64,000 bases of DNA from a virus. Positions 26,755 through 37,726 of the stretch are shown piece after piece (the first letter of the stretch is position 1; each line of letters starts with the position of its first letter). A program made the translations under genes and the position numbers. The stretch is from IMG/VR virus record IMGVR_UViG_3300042862_000198, positions 1 to 64,000 of that record, one strand, 5' to 3'. The notes beneath the pieces are model-generated. The model had not been told where the DNA came from and ran no database searches. It saw only the letters and a list, made by a program, of their open reading frames with translations.

Positions 26755-27042
26755 ATGAGCCCGTTTAAAACATTAAGAGGAAGAAGAATACTTATTGAAG
26801 TACCTGTTAAAAAAGAATCAGTAATTAAGTTATCTGAAAAAGATGAGGATGCTTTAATGTATGAAGCAATGAAACAATGGAATAGATTAACTGTATATGC
26901 TATAGGTGATAAAGTAGAAGAGATTGCTGTTGGAGATTCAGTATATATTCCTGTTGCACAATTAGAACATGCAGAAAAAGTTGACATTGATGGTAGTGTA
27001 AAACTAATGTTTAATGAAATGGACATAGCAATAATATGGTAA
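26755..27042 (+). CDS. GroES-like co-chaperonin
   Basis: LRGRRILIE, VYAIGD, VGDSV, EMDIAII. Confidence 0.75.
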   Translation: MSPFKTLRGRRILIEVPVKKESVIKLSEKDEDALMYEAMKQWNRLTVYAIGDKVEEIAVGDSVYIPVAQLEHAEKVDIDGSVKLMFNEMDIAIIW

Positions 27043-27410
27043 ATATAACAGATGATAATCCGTATTTTTCAGAAAGAACAAGTACTGATAAAATTAACTC
27101 TAAAGAATTATCTAAAGAAGATATAGATAAAAGAATTACAAATAGTTTAGATTCAGAATATAATACTAAAAATTATGTTCATGATTTTAGAAAAGATATT
27201 CCACCATTTGAAACACGTCCTAAATACTATGGAGGAAAAGATTCAACATATGAAGTTTTTAATGTGTTAGAAGCCTGGAAGTTAGATAAAGATTTTTATT
27301 TAGGAAATGTAATAAAATATTTAGCTAGAGCTGGTAAAAAAACTTTTAACAATAAAGAAGATTTAGAAAAAGCATTAGTATATTTACAACGTAGAATTGA
27401 CACCTTATGA
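27036..27410 (+). CDS. DUF3310-family protein
   Basis: PKYYGG, FYLGNVIKYLARAGKK, EDLEKA. Confidence 0.85.
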   Translation: MVNITDDNPYFSERTSTDKINSKELSKEDIDKRITNSLDSEYNTKNYVHDFRKDIPPFETRPKYYGGKDSTYEVFNVLEAWKLDKDFYLGNVIKYLARAGKKTFNNKEDLEKALVYLQRRIDTL

Positions 27411-27598
27411 ATTATATATTAATGTTATTAATTTTAAGCATAGCATGTTTGTTATGGATTATAGGAAACTTTTTTAAAAGTCCCATATATAATAAACTTA
27501 AAGATGCATATGAAATAGATCATCAAAGTGATATTATTGGTTCATATTTTATTGTTGCATCTCTTCTTTTAATTTTCTTTGCTGGATCTTTTCTATAA
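27407..27598 (+). CDS. small two-TM protein
   Basis: Two hydrophobic stretches. Confidence 0.6.
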   Translation: MNYILMLLILSIACLLWIIGNFFKSPIYNKLKDAYEIDHQSDIIGSYFIVASLLLIFFAGSFL

Positions 27599-27670
27599 TT
27601 TTTTTGTTTTTATTGATAAATTTTTGTATATTATGTATATATATATTATTAATACTTAAAAAACAAAAAA

Positions 27671-28138
27671 ATGGATATCTTAAATTTTATTAGTTGGATT
27701 AAAGCTGGCAATTACAGAGCAACATTACCAACAGATGTACCAAGTCTTTTAGCTGTCGGAGCTAAAGATCCAAGTAGAGATGATGGTTATTTATCATTAG
27801 CTGTTAATGCAGCACCTTTACAATCATTATATGATACAGCTAATGTAACTCAGATAACTTCAATGACTACTGCTGTTACAGTTAATGCACATAATGGAAC
27901 AATAACAACTGTTTCTTATACTTTAGGTACTACTTCTAATACATCTTTTCCTGTAAATAATAGTAAAGTAACTACAGCATCTAAAATATTATTAACTTTA
28001 GATTCAACAACTGCAGGAATGCCAATATTAGTTACTAATAATATAGCAAATGGAAGTTTTGTAATTAAAGTAATTAATGCTTCTTCTACTGCAGCATTAA
28101 ATAGTACATTAAAGATTTCTTATCTAATACTAGATTAA
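27671..28138 (+). CDS. putative virion fibre/decoration protein
   Basis: MDILNFISWIKAG N-terminus; Thr/Ser-rich beta domain. Confidence 0.6.
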   Translation: MDILNFISWIKAGNYRATLPTDVPSLLAVGAKDPSRDDGYLSLAVNAAPLQSLYDTANVTQITSMTTAVTVNAHNGTITTVSYTLGTTSNTSFPVNNSKVTTASKILLTLDSTTAGMPILVTNNIANGSFVIKVINASSTAALNSTLKISYLILD

Positions 28139-28198
28139 AGATAAAAATATATTATAAATATTTTAATCTGGGTTTACTTAAAAACTATTAATACCTAA

Positions 28199-31100
28199 AT
28201 GGACAATAATCAACCCAATCAAAATTTTTTTTGTAATGATGGGTTAACTACACCTATTTCATGTGAACCTCAATTTACATGTCCTGATCCTGAACAATGT
28301 TCAGAAGTATATGATGCAGATTGTGTTATATATTTTGGAGAAAATATTATTTGCCAAGGAACTACAATAATAACTCAGTATACTTCAGTAGCACAAGGTT
28401 TAAATGAAATAGTTAATTGGCTTTGTAATGAAGGAAATATAGGTGTCCAAGGTATTCAAGGAGTCCAAGGAGTCCAAGGTATTTCAGGTGCATTTGCAGG
28501 ACAAGGTGTACAAGGAACCACTGGTATACAAGGTAATGTAGGTATTCAGGGAATCCAAGGAATACAAGGCATTCAAGGTATTCAAGGTTTTAATGGTCCA
28601 CAAGGAATTCAAGGTTTTGTTGGAACAGGTGTTCAAGGTTATCAAGGTCCTCCTGGTATTCAAGGCCCTACAGGAGTACAAGGATTTGTTGGAATAGGCA
28701 TCCAAGGATATCAAGGTGCTCAAGGTAGTCAAGGTTTACAAGGATTTACTGGTGGAGTTGGTATTCAAGGAGTACAAGGATCTACTGGAATAGGAGTTCA
28801 AGGTACACAAGGTATACAAGGACAAATTGGTATAAATGGTGTACAAGGAAATACAGGTATTCAAGGAAATACAGGTATTCAAGGAAATACAGGTAATGCA
28901 GGTTCTCAAGGTGCAGCCGGAAGTAATGGTAGTCAAGGTAGCACTGGAAGTCAAGGCAATATAGGTTCTCAAGGTGCTGTTGGAAATATAGGATCTCAAG
29001 GATCTATTGGTACAACTGGTGCTACAGGTAGTCAAGGTAGTCAAGGTTTTACTGGTACTACTGGTACACAAGGAACTACAGGTACACAAGGTATACAGGG
29101 TTTTGTTGGTTCTCAAGGAACACAAGGTACAGTAGGTAATATTGGTTCACAAGGATCAACAGGAAGTATAGGTTCACAAGGAAGTATTGGTATACAAGGA
29201 TTTAAAGGAGATACTGGTAATCAAGGTACTACAGGTAATACTGGAATGCAAGGAGCAACAGGCACACAAGGAAATATTGGTGTTACTGGTAGTCAGGGAG
29301 CTCAAGGCATCCAAGGAACAACTGGTACACAAGGTTTAACAGGAACTCAAGGTTCTCAAGGAACACAAGGATTGTTAGGACTTCAAGGTGTTCAAGGTGT
29401 TCAAGGTGTTTCTGGTACAGGTGGTGTTGTAGCTAATTATGGATCATGGTATTCAACAGTAGATCAAACTGCTGCAGCAATCAATACAGAATACATAATG
29501 ACTGCTAATACAATTTCTTATGCTAATGGTGTAAGTCTTGTATCAGGAACCCGAGTAACATATTCAAGTGCTGGTACTTATGCTTTTAATTTTTCAGTTC
29601 AGTTACATTATACCGGAGGTGGAGGATCAGGTGATGTAATAGATATTTGGTTAAAAAAGAATGGAACTGTTGTTCCTGATTCAAATACAAAATATTTAGT
29701 ACCTTCTAATCTTGCTTTTAATGTATCATCATTAGATTTTCTATTTACAGTAGTAGCTGGAGATTATTATGAAATTGCATGGGCTACTAATAACATAAAT
29801 ATCAGATTAGAATATGATGCGGCATCAGCACCTCATCCAGCTGTTCCTTCTGTAATCATTAATACTTTCCAAGTAACTTATACTCAATTAGGACCACAAG
29901 GATCTCAAGGAATACAAGGTACTACAGGAACTCAAGGATCAATTGGAACACAAGGTACTCAGGGCATACAAGGTATACAAGGAACTACTGGTTTACAGGG
30001 TTCAACAGGACTTCAAGGTTCAGTTGGAACAACAGGTTCTCAGGGTTCTATAGGAACTATTGGTAGTCAAGGAGCCACAGGATCCCAAGGTACAACAGGT
30101 ACTACGGGAACAGCTGGTTCTCAAGGTAGCACAGGATCAATTGGAACCCAAGGAGCAATTGGTAGTCAAGGAATACAAGGATTTATTGGTAATACAGGTA
30201 CTACCGGAAGTCAAGGAACACAAGGTTTTATAGGATTAACTGGTGCACAAGGAGCAGTTGGTGCACAAGGTGCAACAGGTAGTGGAGCTCAAGGTGCAAC
30301 AGGAACCCAAGGTTCAACTGGATTAACAGGTAATCAAGGTACAACTGGAAATCAAGGTACTGTAGGTTCACAAGGTTCAGTAGGAGTACAAGGCACTCAA
30401 GGTTCTCAAGGTGCTTTAGGAAATGTTGGATCTCAAGGAACTGTTGGTGCCCAAGGATTAAATGGAACTACAGGATCCCAAGGAACAACAGGTTCTACTG
30501 GTTTACAAGGTATAATTGGAACACAAGGAACTCAAGGCACGAATGGTACAACTGGTTCACAAGGTGCTATCGGTACTCAAGGAACAACTGGAACTAATGG
30601 CTCACAAGGTACTAATGGTACTCAAGGTGCTATTGGTTCTCAAGGAACTATAGGTACAACTGGGGCTACGGGATCACAAGGAGCAACTGGAACACAAGGT
30701 AATATTGGTACTCAAGGTGCTACTGGAACTCAAGGTACTACTGGTACACAAGGTAATATTGGTACAAGTGGTAGTCAAGGTTCAACTGGTTCTATAGGTT
30801 CACAAGGAGCAGTGGGTGCACAAGGAACAACTGGTACTACAGGTAATGCAGGATCACAAGGTGCAATAGGCTCTCAGGGATCTATTGGAACTACCGGATC
30901 TACAGGAAGTCAAGGAAGTACTGGAGCAACTGGTTCTACAGGTAGCCAGGGTGCAGTTGGATCCCAGGGTACTCAAGGAGCTATTGGAACTCAAGGTAGC
31001 ATTGGAACACAAGGAACTATTGGAGCTCAGGGTGCCGTTGGATCTCAAGGTTCTGTTGGTACTCAGGGTGCACAAGGTGCACAAGGAATTTTAGGTACAA

Positions 31101-32659
31101 GTGGTAGTCAAGGTACAAGTGGTAGTCAAGGTACAAGTGGAAGTACTGGATTACAAGGAACAGTTGGATCACAAGGAACTACAGGAACAACCGGAACCCA
31201 AGGAACAATTGGTTCTCAGGGAGCTATTGGATCTACTGGAGCAACAGGGACTCAGGGAACAGTTGGTAGCCAAGGATTTATTGGATCCCAAGGAGCAACA
31301 GGAGCAACAGGAAGTCAGGGTTTTACTGGAACAACTGGTACTCAAGGTAGTATTGGTTCACAAGGTGCTACAGGAACAACTGGAGGAATAGGTAGTCAAG
31401 GAGCTATTGGCTCTCAAGGTACAATTGGGACTACTGGATCCCAAGGAACAACAGGATTTCAGGGAACCACAGGTACAACAGGAAATACTGGTTCTCAAGG
31501 AGCAATTGGTAGTCAGGGTACAATTGGATCTACTGGAAATCAAGGTACTACAGGTGGAATTGGAACACAAGGTGCTACAGGTACACAAGGTGCTAATGGT
31601 TCTATTGGAGCTCAAGGTAATACAGGTTCTCAAGGTACAAGTGGAATAAATGGCTCACAGGGAACCACTGGTAGTCAAGGTGCACAGGGAACATTAGGAG
31701 TTCAAGGTCTAACTGGTAGCCAAGGTTCTACTGGTACTACAGGTTTGACTGGAGCCCAGGGTACTCAGGGTATTATTGGCTTACAAGGAACTCAAGGAAT
31801 ACAGGGAATTATTGGTGCAGGTGGTTTACAAGGTACTGATGGTGCACAAGGTACTGATGGTATACAAGGTACAATTGGTAGTCAAGGTTCAACTGGTAGT
31901 GGTACACAAGGTATACAAGGAATCCAAGGTCTATTAGGACCTTCACCAACTGTACCTGGAAGTAATAATGAAGTTTTAACTTCAAATGGTGCTGGTGCAA
32001 TAGTTGCTGAATCTAATTTAACTTTTGATGGAAGTATACTAACAATAAATGATAGACTGTTAACTACAAGTTCTACTTACCCAAACATTGATACTCAAAA
32101 TGGTCAATTGATTACACCAAGTGGTACAACCATAGCATTTAGTTGGTTATCTGATTTTATAGCATATGGTAATTTATATTCTTTATGGTATAAAGATATA
32201 AACATACAAAGATTTTTTTCATTTAATAATGCCCTATCACCTACATTTTACTATGAGGGTGATGTCATTGAAGGAACCTATTATTCAGCACCAACCCTTT
32301 ATAGTTTGGTTTCTTTAAGAACTGATGGTACTTGGGAGATGGCTGACCAATCAACTGCCTCATCAACAAAAATGTTAGGGATATATGTTGAATCTGCTGG
32401 TTCTGGTACTATTAAAATTCTTTTAGAAGGGCATGTGCAGGTTGAAGATACAAATAATGGTTTAGCACCTTTTGTAACTGCATTAGACCACGGCCTTCCT
32501 ATCTACATTAAAGGTGCTACTACTACTGGTCTATTATCCACTACATTACCTACCAAAGATTATGTACGCATCTTGGGTTATGCTTATCATCAAAGCACAG
32601 ACACACCAACAATATGGATTATGAGATTTGATCCGGATAATACTTGGATTTTCGTATAA
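28199..32659 (+). CDS. collagen-like fibre protein
   Basis: Two G-X-Y tracts (about 28433-29425 and 29891-31940) split by a C1q/BclA-like beta domain. Confidence 0.85.
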   Translation: MDNNQPNQNFFCNDGLTTPISCEPQFTCPDPEQCSEVYDADCVIYFGENIICQGTTIITQYTSVAQGLNEIVNWLCNEGNIGVQGIQGVQGVQGISGAFAGQGVQGTTGIQGNVGIQGIQGIQGIQGIQGFNGPQGIQGFVGTGVQGYQGPPGIQGPTGVQGFVGIGIQGYQGAQGSQGLQGFTGGVGIQGVQGSTGIGVQGTQGIQGQIGINGVQGNTGIQGNTGIQGNTGNAGSQGAAGSNGSQGSTGSQGNIGSQGAVGNIGSQGSIGTTGATGSQGSQGFTGTTGTQGTTGTQGIQGFVGSQGTQGTVGNIGSQGSTGSIGSQGSIGIQGFKGDTGNQGTTGNTGMQGATGTQGNIGVTGSQGAQGIQGTTGTQGLTGTQGSQGTQGLLGLQGVQGVQGVSGTGGVVANYGSWYSTVDQTAAAINTEYIMTANTISYANGVSLVSGTRVTYSSAGTYAFNFSVQLHYTGGGGSGDVIDIWLKKNGTVVPDSNTKYLVPSNLAFNVSSLDFLFTVVAGDYYEIAWATNNINIRLEYDAASAPHPAVPSVIINTFQVTYTQLGPQGSQGIQGTTGTQGSIGTQGTQGIQGIQGTTGLQGSTGLQGSVGTTGSQGSIGTIGSQGATGSQGTTGTTGTAGSQGSTGSIGTQGAIGSQGIQGFIGNTGTTGSQGTQGFIGLTGAQGAVGAQGATGSGAQGATGTQGSTGLTGNQGTTGNQGTVGSQGSVGVQGTQGSQGALGNVGSQGTVGAQGLNGTTGSQGTTGSTGLQGIIGTQGTQGTNGTTGSQGAIGTQGTTGTNGSQGTNGTQGAIGSQGTIGTTGATGSQGATGTQGNIGTQGATGTQGTTGTQGNIGTSGSQGSTGSIGSQGAVGAQGTTGTTGNAGSQGAIGSQGSIGTTGSTGSQGSTGATGSTGSQGAVGSQGTQGAIGTQGSIGTQGTIGAQGAVGSQGSVGTQGAQGAQGILGTSGSQGTSGSQGTSGSTGLQGTVGSQGTTGTTGTQGTIGSQGAIGSTGATGTQGTVGSQGFIGSQGATGATGSQGFTGTTGTQGSIGSQGATGTTGGIGSQGAIGSQGTIGTTGSQGTTGFQGTTGTTGNTGSQGAIGSQGTIGSTGNQGTTGGIGTQGATGTQGANGSIGAQGNTGSQGTSGINGSQGTTGSQGAQGTLGVQGLTGSQGSTGTTGLTGAQGTQGIIGLQGTQGIQGIIGAGGLQGTDGAQGTDGIQGTIGSQGSTGSGTQGIQGIQGLLGPSPTVPGSNNEVLTSNGAGAIVAESNLTFDGSILTINDRLLTTSSTYPNIDTQNGQLITPSGTTIAFSWLSDFIAYGNLYSLWYKDINIQRFFSFNNALSPTFYYEGDVIEGTYYSAPTLYSLVSLRTDGTWEMADQSTASSTKMLGIYVESAGSGTIKILLEGHVQVEDTNNGLAPFVTALDHGLPIYIKGATTTGLLSTTLPTKDYVRILGYAYHQSTDTPTIWIMRFDPDNTWIFV

Positions 32660-32686
32660 AATAAATAAATAAATAAAAAGGATGTT

Positions 32687-32989
32687 ATGAACATTAATGG
32701 TGTACCTATAGGAGGAGGAGGAAGTTCTACAATAAGACTAGCATCTCAAACATTAACTTCAGCAAGTTGGTCACTTGTAAGTGGATACTATACATATACA
32801 TTTTCTAATACAAACATAACAGTAAATACAAGAGTAGACTTTACTCCTGATAGAGCTAGTTATCTTGAAGTAACAACTTGTGGAATGCAATCTGAAGTAA
32901 CAGTAGGTGCAGGATCATGTACATTTTATTCATTATTTCCACCTCAAACAAATATATTAGGAGAAATAACTATATTCCCAACAGTATAA
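32687..32989 (+). CDS. small tail-fibre-associated protein
   Basis: TLTSASWS..YTYT. Confidence 0.55.
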   Translation: MNINGVPIGGGGSSTIRLASQTLTSASWSLVSGYYTYTFSNTNITVNTRVDFTPDRASYLEVTTCGMQSEVTVGAGSCTFYSLFPPQTNILGEITIFPTV

Positions 32990-32991
32990 CC

Positions 32992-35193
32992 ATGGCATTT
33001 AACTTACCATTACAAAATTATTTTAGTAGAACAACAGGTCCAGCAGTATATTCAAGACCTGCATGTTGGCCTGTAATTACAGATGTAGCTACAGAAGTAC
33101 AATTTTTATTTTGTGATCTTGGAGATGCAGCATGTCAAATTAGAACAACATTTACAAGAACATCAGGCACCCAAAATATAACTATAGATTGGGGAGATGG
33201 ATTTACTAGTACAGTTACAAATACTTTTTCAACAGATACTACTCATACATATACTCCAGGAACAGGAACACCTTGTCCATCTTTAGGTTACACAACATTT
33301 AAAATTAGAGTTTATTTTACAGGAACTGGAGTATCAGTTTTAAATAACTGTAATATAATGGCTATTCTAAATACTGCTAGTACTGCAGTTGGTAGTCCTC
33401 AAATTTGTCATGTATTAGAAGCATATTATGGAAATAGCACACAAAATGCAACTCCTGTTAATTTTTATTCAATCATAGGTAGTTCTTGTTTATCTATATA
33501 TAGCAATTTACAATTTGTAAAATTACCAGCAACAGTATCTTGGACAACATGGACTACAACTTTTAGTTATTGCTTTTCCTTACTTAAAGTTGTTATGCCA
33601 ACTTCTAATTCTGCTGTAACTTCATATGCAAGTGCATTTCAAAATTGTTGGAATTTACTAGAAATTATACTTCCTTCTAATTCAACAGGTATTCAAAATA
33701 TGAATGCCTCATTTATTGGTTGTAGTAACTTAAGATCTGTTACTCTTCCAACTACAATGAATTCTTGTACTGATTTGGGTAATTGTTTTTTTAACTGTAC
33801 TAATTTGAGATCTGTTACATTACCCTCTATTAATGCTTGTAATAACTTACAATTTACATTTTACACTTGCATGCAATTAGAATGGGTAAAATTTACAAGT
33901 ATGCCAACGGTAGGAGCTAATATGCAAAATTGTTTTCAAGACTCCGTAAATTTACAAACTGTATATTTCCCTGCTACAGTATCAAATCCTTTATCCCTGT
34001 ATTCTTTAAACAGTGCATTTAATAGTTGTCGTCAATTAAAAAACATTGTTTTACCATCAAATATGAATGTTAGTACGTTTGAGAGTGCTTTTAATAGTTG
34101 TACTTCATTAACATCTTGTATATTACCTGCAACTTCTCCAGGTTGTGGAGCATATAACAATATATTCTTAGCATGTGTTTCTTTACTTAAAATTACATTA
34201 CCTGCAGCACCAACAGCTGCTGTTACTTTTCAATCTGCGTTTAATGGTTGCATAAAATTACAAGAAGTTACAATTCCTTCTGGATATATACTTAATAATT
34301 TTAATCAAACATTTCTTAATTGTTTTAGTTTAAAAACAATATCATGGACCCCAGGTGCTCAAAATTCAATATCAGGAATGCAATTAACATTTGTTAATTG
34401 TTATCTATTAACAAGTTTTACAATGCCTACTTCTATGAATGCTTTAACAACTCTTTCATCTGCATTTAGTGGTGCAAGGTCTTTATCAAGTTTAACATTT
34501 CCTTCAAGTTTAAATGCTGTTACTACAATGGCAAATTGTTTTTCTGGTAATACAGGACTTACATCTGTTACTTTACCTACTTCAATGTCTGCATGTACTA
34601 ACTTTAGTGGTACTTTTAATAGTTGTATCTTACTTACCAACATTACTTTACCAAATACTGTAGGAGCAGTTACAACATTTAATGGATGTTTTTCCGGTTG
34701 TAATAGTCTTAAAACTTGTGTTTTACCTGGAGCTGCTCAGTTGTCTTTAGTAAATGACATTAATGCAATGATTCAAGGGTGTTCTGATTTGGTTACACTT
34801 ACAAACTTTGATAAAATTGGGTCTTTAACTGCAACACCTTTAATGTCTGCCGCTACTTTTAATAGCAATAGATTTAAAGGTGGATCAGCAATTTCATTTT
34901 ATGGACCATTAAGTTTACTTCAATTAAATGGATTAAACGTTAAAACAGATACACAAGCAGTAAGACTTTTAAATACTTCAGCAGGACAATGGACAGGAGG
35001 ATCTCCTCAAATAAATGTATCTTTTACTAATATGAGTACAGCACAAATAGTACAATTATTTAATGATATGGCACTTCAAGGAACTCAAGCAACAACAAAA
35101 ACAATTAATATAACTGGAGCAACAGGAGCAGCAGCTTTAACTACAGCAGATAGATTAATAGTAACATCAAAAAATTGGACAATAATAGGATAA
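32992..35193 (+). CDS. BspA-like leucine-rich-repeat protein
   Basis: IDWGDG PKD-like motif, then many F..C..L..v.LP repeats; start MAFNLP. Confidence 0.85.
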   Translation: MAFNLPLQNYFSRTTGPAVYSRPACWPVITDVATEVQFLFCDLGDAACQIRTTFTRTSGTQNITIDWGDGFTSTVTNTFSTDTTHTYTPGTGTPCPSLGYTTFKIRVYFTGTGVSVLNNCNIMAILNTASTAVGSPQICHVLEAYYGNSTQNATPVNFYSIIGSSCLSIYSNLQFVKLPATVSWTTWTTTFSYCFSLLKVVMPTSNSAVTSYASAFQNCWNLLEIILPSNSTGIQNMNASFIGCSNLRSVTLPTTMNSCTDLGNCFFNCTNLRSVTLPSINACNNLQFTFYTCMQLEWVKFTSMPTVGANMQNCFQDSVNLQTVYFPATVSNPLSLYSLNSAFNSCRQLKNIVLPSNMNVSTFESAFNSCTSLTSCILPATSPGCGAYNNIFLACVSLLKITLPAAPTAAVTFQSAFNGCIKLQEVTIPSGYILNNFNQTFLNCFSLKTISWTPGAQNSISGMQLTFVNCYLLTSFTMPTSMNALTTLSSAFSGARSLSSLTFPSSLNAVTTMANCFSGNTGLTSVTLPTSMSACTNFSGTFNSCILLTNITLPNTVGAVTTFNGCFSGCNSLKTCVLPGAAQLSLVNDINAMIQGCSDLVTLTNFDKIGSLTATPLMSAATFNSNRFKGGSAISFYGPLSLLQLNGLNVKTDTQAVRLLNTSAGQWTGGSPQINVSFTNMSTAQIVQLFNDMALQGTQATTKTINITGATGAAALTTADRLIVTSKNWTIIG

Positions 35194-35195
35194 TT

Positions 35196-35405
35196 ATGGA
35201 AGATACATCAGGATTTTATAAATTAGAAGATAATAATTGGCAGTATGCACCTAACTTTGTATATGGTCCAAATTATGAATTAGTTAGAAATAATAAAGAT
35301 TCTTATACATATCCTGTAGAAGGATGGACTTGGTATGATAAATCACCTATAGAAGAATCATTTATAGAAGAAGCAGTTATAATAGAAGACTTAAATAGTT
35401 TATAA
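35196..35405 (+). CDS. small fibre-associated protein
   Basis: SGFYK...YAPNFV...YTYPVEGWTWY. Confidence 0.6.
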   Translation: MEDTSGFYKLEDNNWQYAPNFVYGPNYELVRNNKDSYTYPVEGWTWYDKSPIEESFIEEAVIIEDLNSL

Positions 35406-35454
35406 CATTAAAGTATAAATAAATTTATTACATTTGTAATAAAATATACAGAAA

Positions 35455-37680
35455 ATGAATAATCTATGTCAACTTGCCCTTCAAAAAGGAGGTTCTTTAA
35501 ATTACTTAATGTTACCAGCTACTATAACAGAAGGGTTAGGTTTAACTAATCCTTCTATTTTTATACATAAGGGGCATTATTTTCTTAATCTTAGACATGT
35601 TAAATATGCATTATATCATAGTGAAGGAGAACAAAAATTTCAATCTTCATGGGGACCATTAGCATATCTTAACCCAGAAGATGATCTTACTCTTAAAACA
35701 ATTAATTATTTATGTGAATTAGATCCTAATACATTAGTTATTAATAAGTATCAAAAAATAGATACTTCTAAATTAGATGTTAAACCTATTTGGCAATTTA
35801 TTGGTCTTGAAGATGCAAGAGTAGTATATTGGGATAATAGTTTATTTATTACAGGAGTTAGAAGAGATACAACTACTAATGGAGAAGGTAGAATGGAACT
35901 TTCTACAATAGATAATAAAAATAAAGAAACTAAAAGAATTAGAATTGAACCACCTACAAAAGGTTCTTATTGTGAAAAAAACTGGATGCCTATTCTTGAT
36001 TTACCATATCATTATGTTAAATGGACTAATCCTACTGAAGTAGTTAAAGTAGATCCTATTAAAGGTATTTCTGAAACAGTTTTTTTAGTAGAACAAAAAA
36101 TAAAATTTCCAAGAGATATTAGAGGTGGTTCACAAGTTATTACAATTGGAAATTATTATGTTGCTGTAACACATGAAGTAGACCTTTGGTATAATGAACA
36201 AAAAAATAAAGATTCTCACTATTACCATAGATTTATTATATGGGATAAAAAATGGAATATTGTTGCTTATTCTTCTGAATTAAAATTTATGACAGGAGCA
36301 ATTGAATTTACTTGTGGTTTAGCTTTTGATGGTAATAATATTATATTACCATTTGGATTTCAAGATTCTACAGCTTTTATTCTTAAATTTCCTATTAATC
36401 TTTTAGAAACATTATGTAATTTAAAACTTGTAAAACCTAAAATAAAAAAATCATTAATATCGGTTACTCCAAAAAAATTAGAAAACTTTATTTATCAACC
36501 ATATAATGAAGATATTACATTTGAATTAGGAGAATATTATTTTTTAAATGGTCATTATGCATCTGCAATGTCTTTTTATTTAAGAACAGCAGAATACTCA
36601 AAAAATTCAAATAAAACATATGAAGCATTATTAATGACTGCTAAATGTTTATCTAATATTAAAAGAAGAGAAGTTACTGAATTAGGGTTATGGCTTAATG
36701 CACTTAACTTTGATACAGAAAGACCGGAAGCATATTTATTTATAAGTGTATATTATGAAAAACAAAAAAAATATAATCAAATGTATAGTTATGCTATATT
36801 AGGATTAAAATATTATGCAAATGCTAAACCAGTAACTTCTAATCTAGGATATGAAGGTAGCTATCAACTTAATTTTCAAAAAGCAGTTTCTGCTTGGTGG
36901 ATTGGTAAATCAAAAGAATCTAAAGATGAGTTTATTAAATTACTTAATAAAAGTACAGAATTAAGTGAAACATACCAAAAAATGGTACGATCTAATATTA
37001 CATTTTTAGATTCTGGACCATATCCTTTTTTAAGATATTACAAAGGATTTTATGATCAGTTAAGATATAAGTTCCCAGGATCAGAGTCTATTGAAAAAAA
37101 CTTTTCTCAAACATATCAAGATATGTTTGCATTATCTATGGTTAATGGTAAAAGAAATGGAACATACTTTGAAATTGGTGCAGCAGATCCATTTCATGGA
37201 AATAATACAGCTCTTTTAGAACAATTTGGATGGACAGGTACTTCATTAGAAATTTTACCACATGAAGTTGAAAAATTTAAATTACACAGAAAAAATGAGA
37301 TTATATTATGTGATGCTACAAAGTTTGATTACTCTATACTTAAAGGTCATATTGACTACTTACAAGTTGATTGTGAACCACCAGAAACTACTTATAAGAT
37401 ACTTACAATGTTACCTTGGGATCAATGTACTTTTGGAGTAATTACATATGAGCATGACTACTATACAGATGTAACACAATCATTTAGAAAAAAGTCTAGA
37501 GAATTTTTATTAAGTAAAGGTTATATGCTAATAGCAAGTAATATATCTCCAAATGATGATTGTCCTTATGAAGACTGGTGGGTACATCCAAAACATATAG
37601 ATAAAGATATAATTAAAAAAATGTTGGCAGATAATGATTCAACTAAAAATGCAGAAAAATATATGTTTGGAAAGTTGTAA
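35455..37680 (+). CDS. GH130-like propeller + TPR + FkbM-like methyltransferase fusion
   Basis: GLEDAR, EKNWMP, RGGSQ, IEFTCGL; ERPEAY TPRs; SQTYQD, EIGAAD, IDYLQVDCEP, ITYEHD. Confidence 0.75.
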   Translation: MNNLCQLALQKGGSLNYLMLPATITEGLGLTNPSIFIHKGHYFLNLRHVKYALYHSEGEQKFQSSWGPLAYLNPEDDLTLKTINYLCELDPNTLVINKYQKIDTSKLDVKPIWQFIGLEDARVVYWDNSLFITGVRRDTTTNGEGRMELSTIDNKNKETKRIRIEPPTKGSYCEKNWMPILDLPYHYVKWTNPTEVVKVDPIKGISETVFLVEQKIKFPRDIRGGSQVITIGNYYVAVTHEVDLWYNEQKNKDSHYYHRFIIWDKKWNIVAYSSELKFMTGAIEFTCGLAFDGNNIILPFGFQDSTAFILKFPINLLETLCNLKLVKPKIKKSLISVTPKKLENFIYQPYNEDITFELGEYYFLNGHYASAMSFYLRTAEYSKNSNKTYEALLMTAKCLSNIKRREVTELGLWLNALNFDTERPEAYLFISVYYEKQKKYNQMYSYAILGLKYYANAKPVTSNLGYEGSYQLNFQKAVSAWWIGKSKESKDEFIKLLNKSTELSETYQKMVRSNITFLDSGPYPFLRYYKGFYDQLRYKFPGSESIEKNFSQTYQDMFALSMVNGKRNGTYFEIGAADPFHGNNTALLEQFGWTGTSLEILPHEVEKFKLHRKNEIILCDATKFDYSILKGHIDYLQVDCEPPETTYKILTMLPWDQCTFGVITYEHDYYTDVTQSFRKKSREFLLSKGYMLIASNISPNDDCPYEDWWVHPKHIDKDIIKKMLADNDSTKNAEKYMFGKL

Positions 37681-37726
37681 ATTTTTTTGTATATTATAGA
37701 TATAACATCATTTAATATATAAAACT

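Noticed and set aside
28484-32000. Alternative-frame and antisense ORFs inside the collagen gene
   Set aside because: By-products of the repetitive codon pattern
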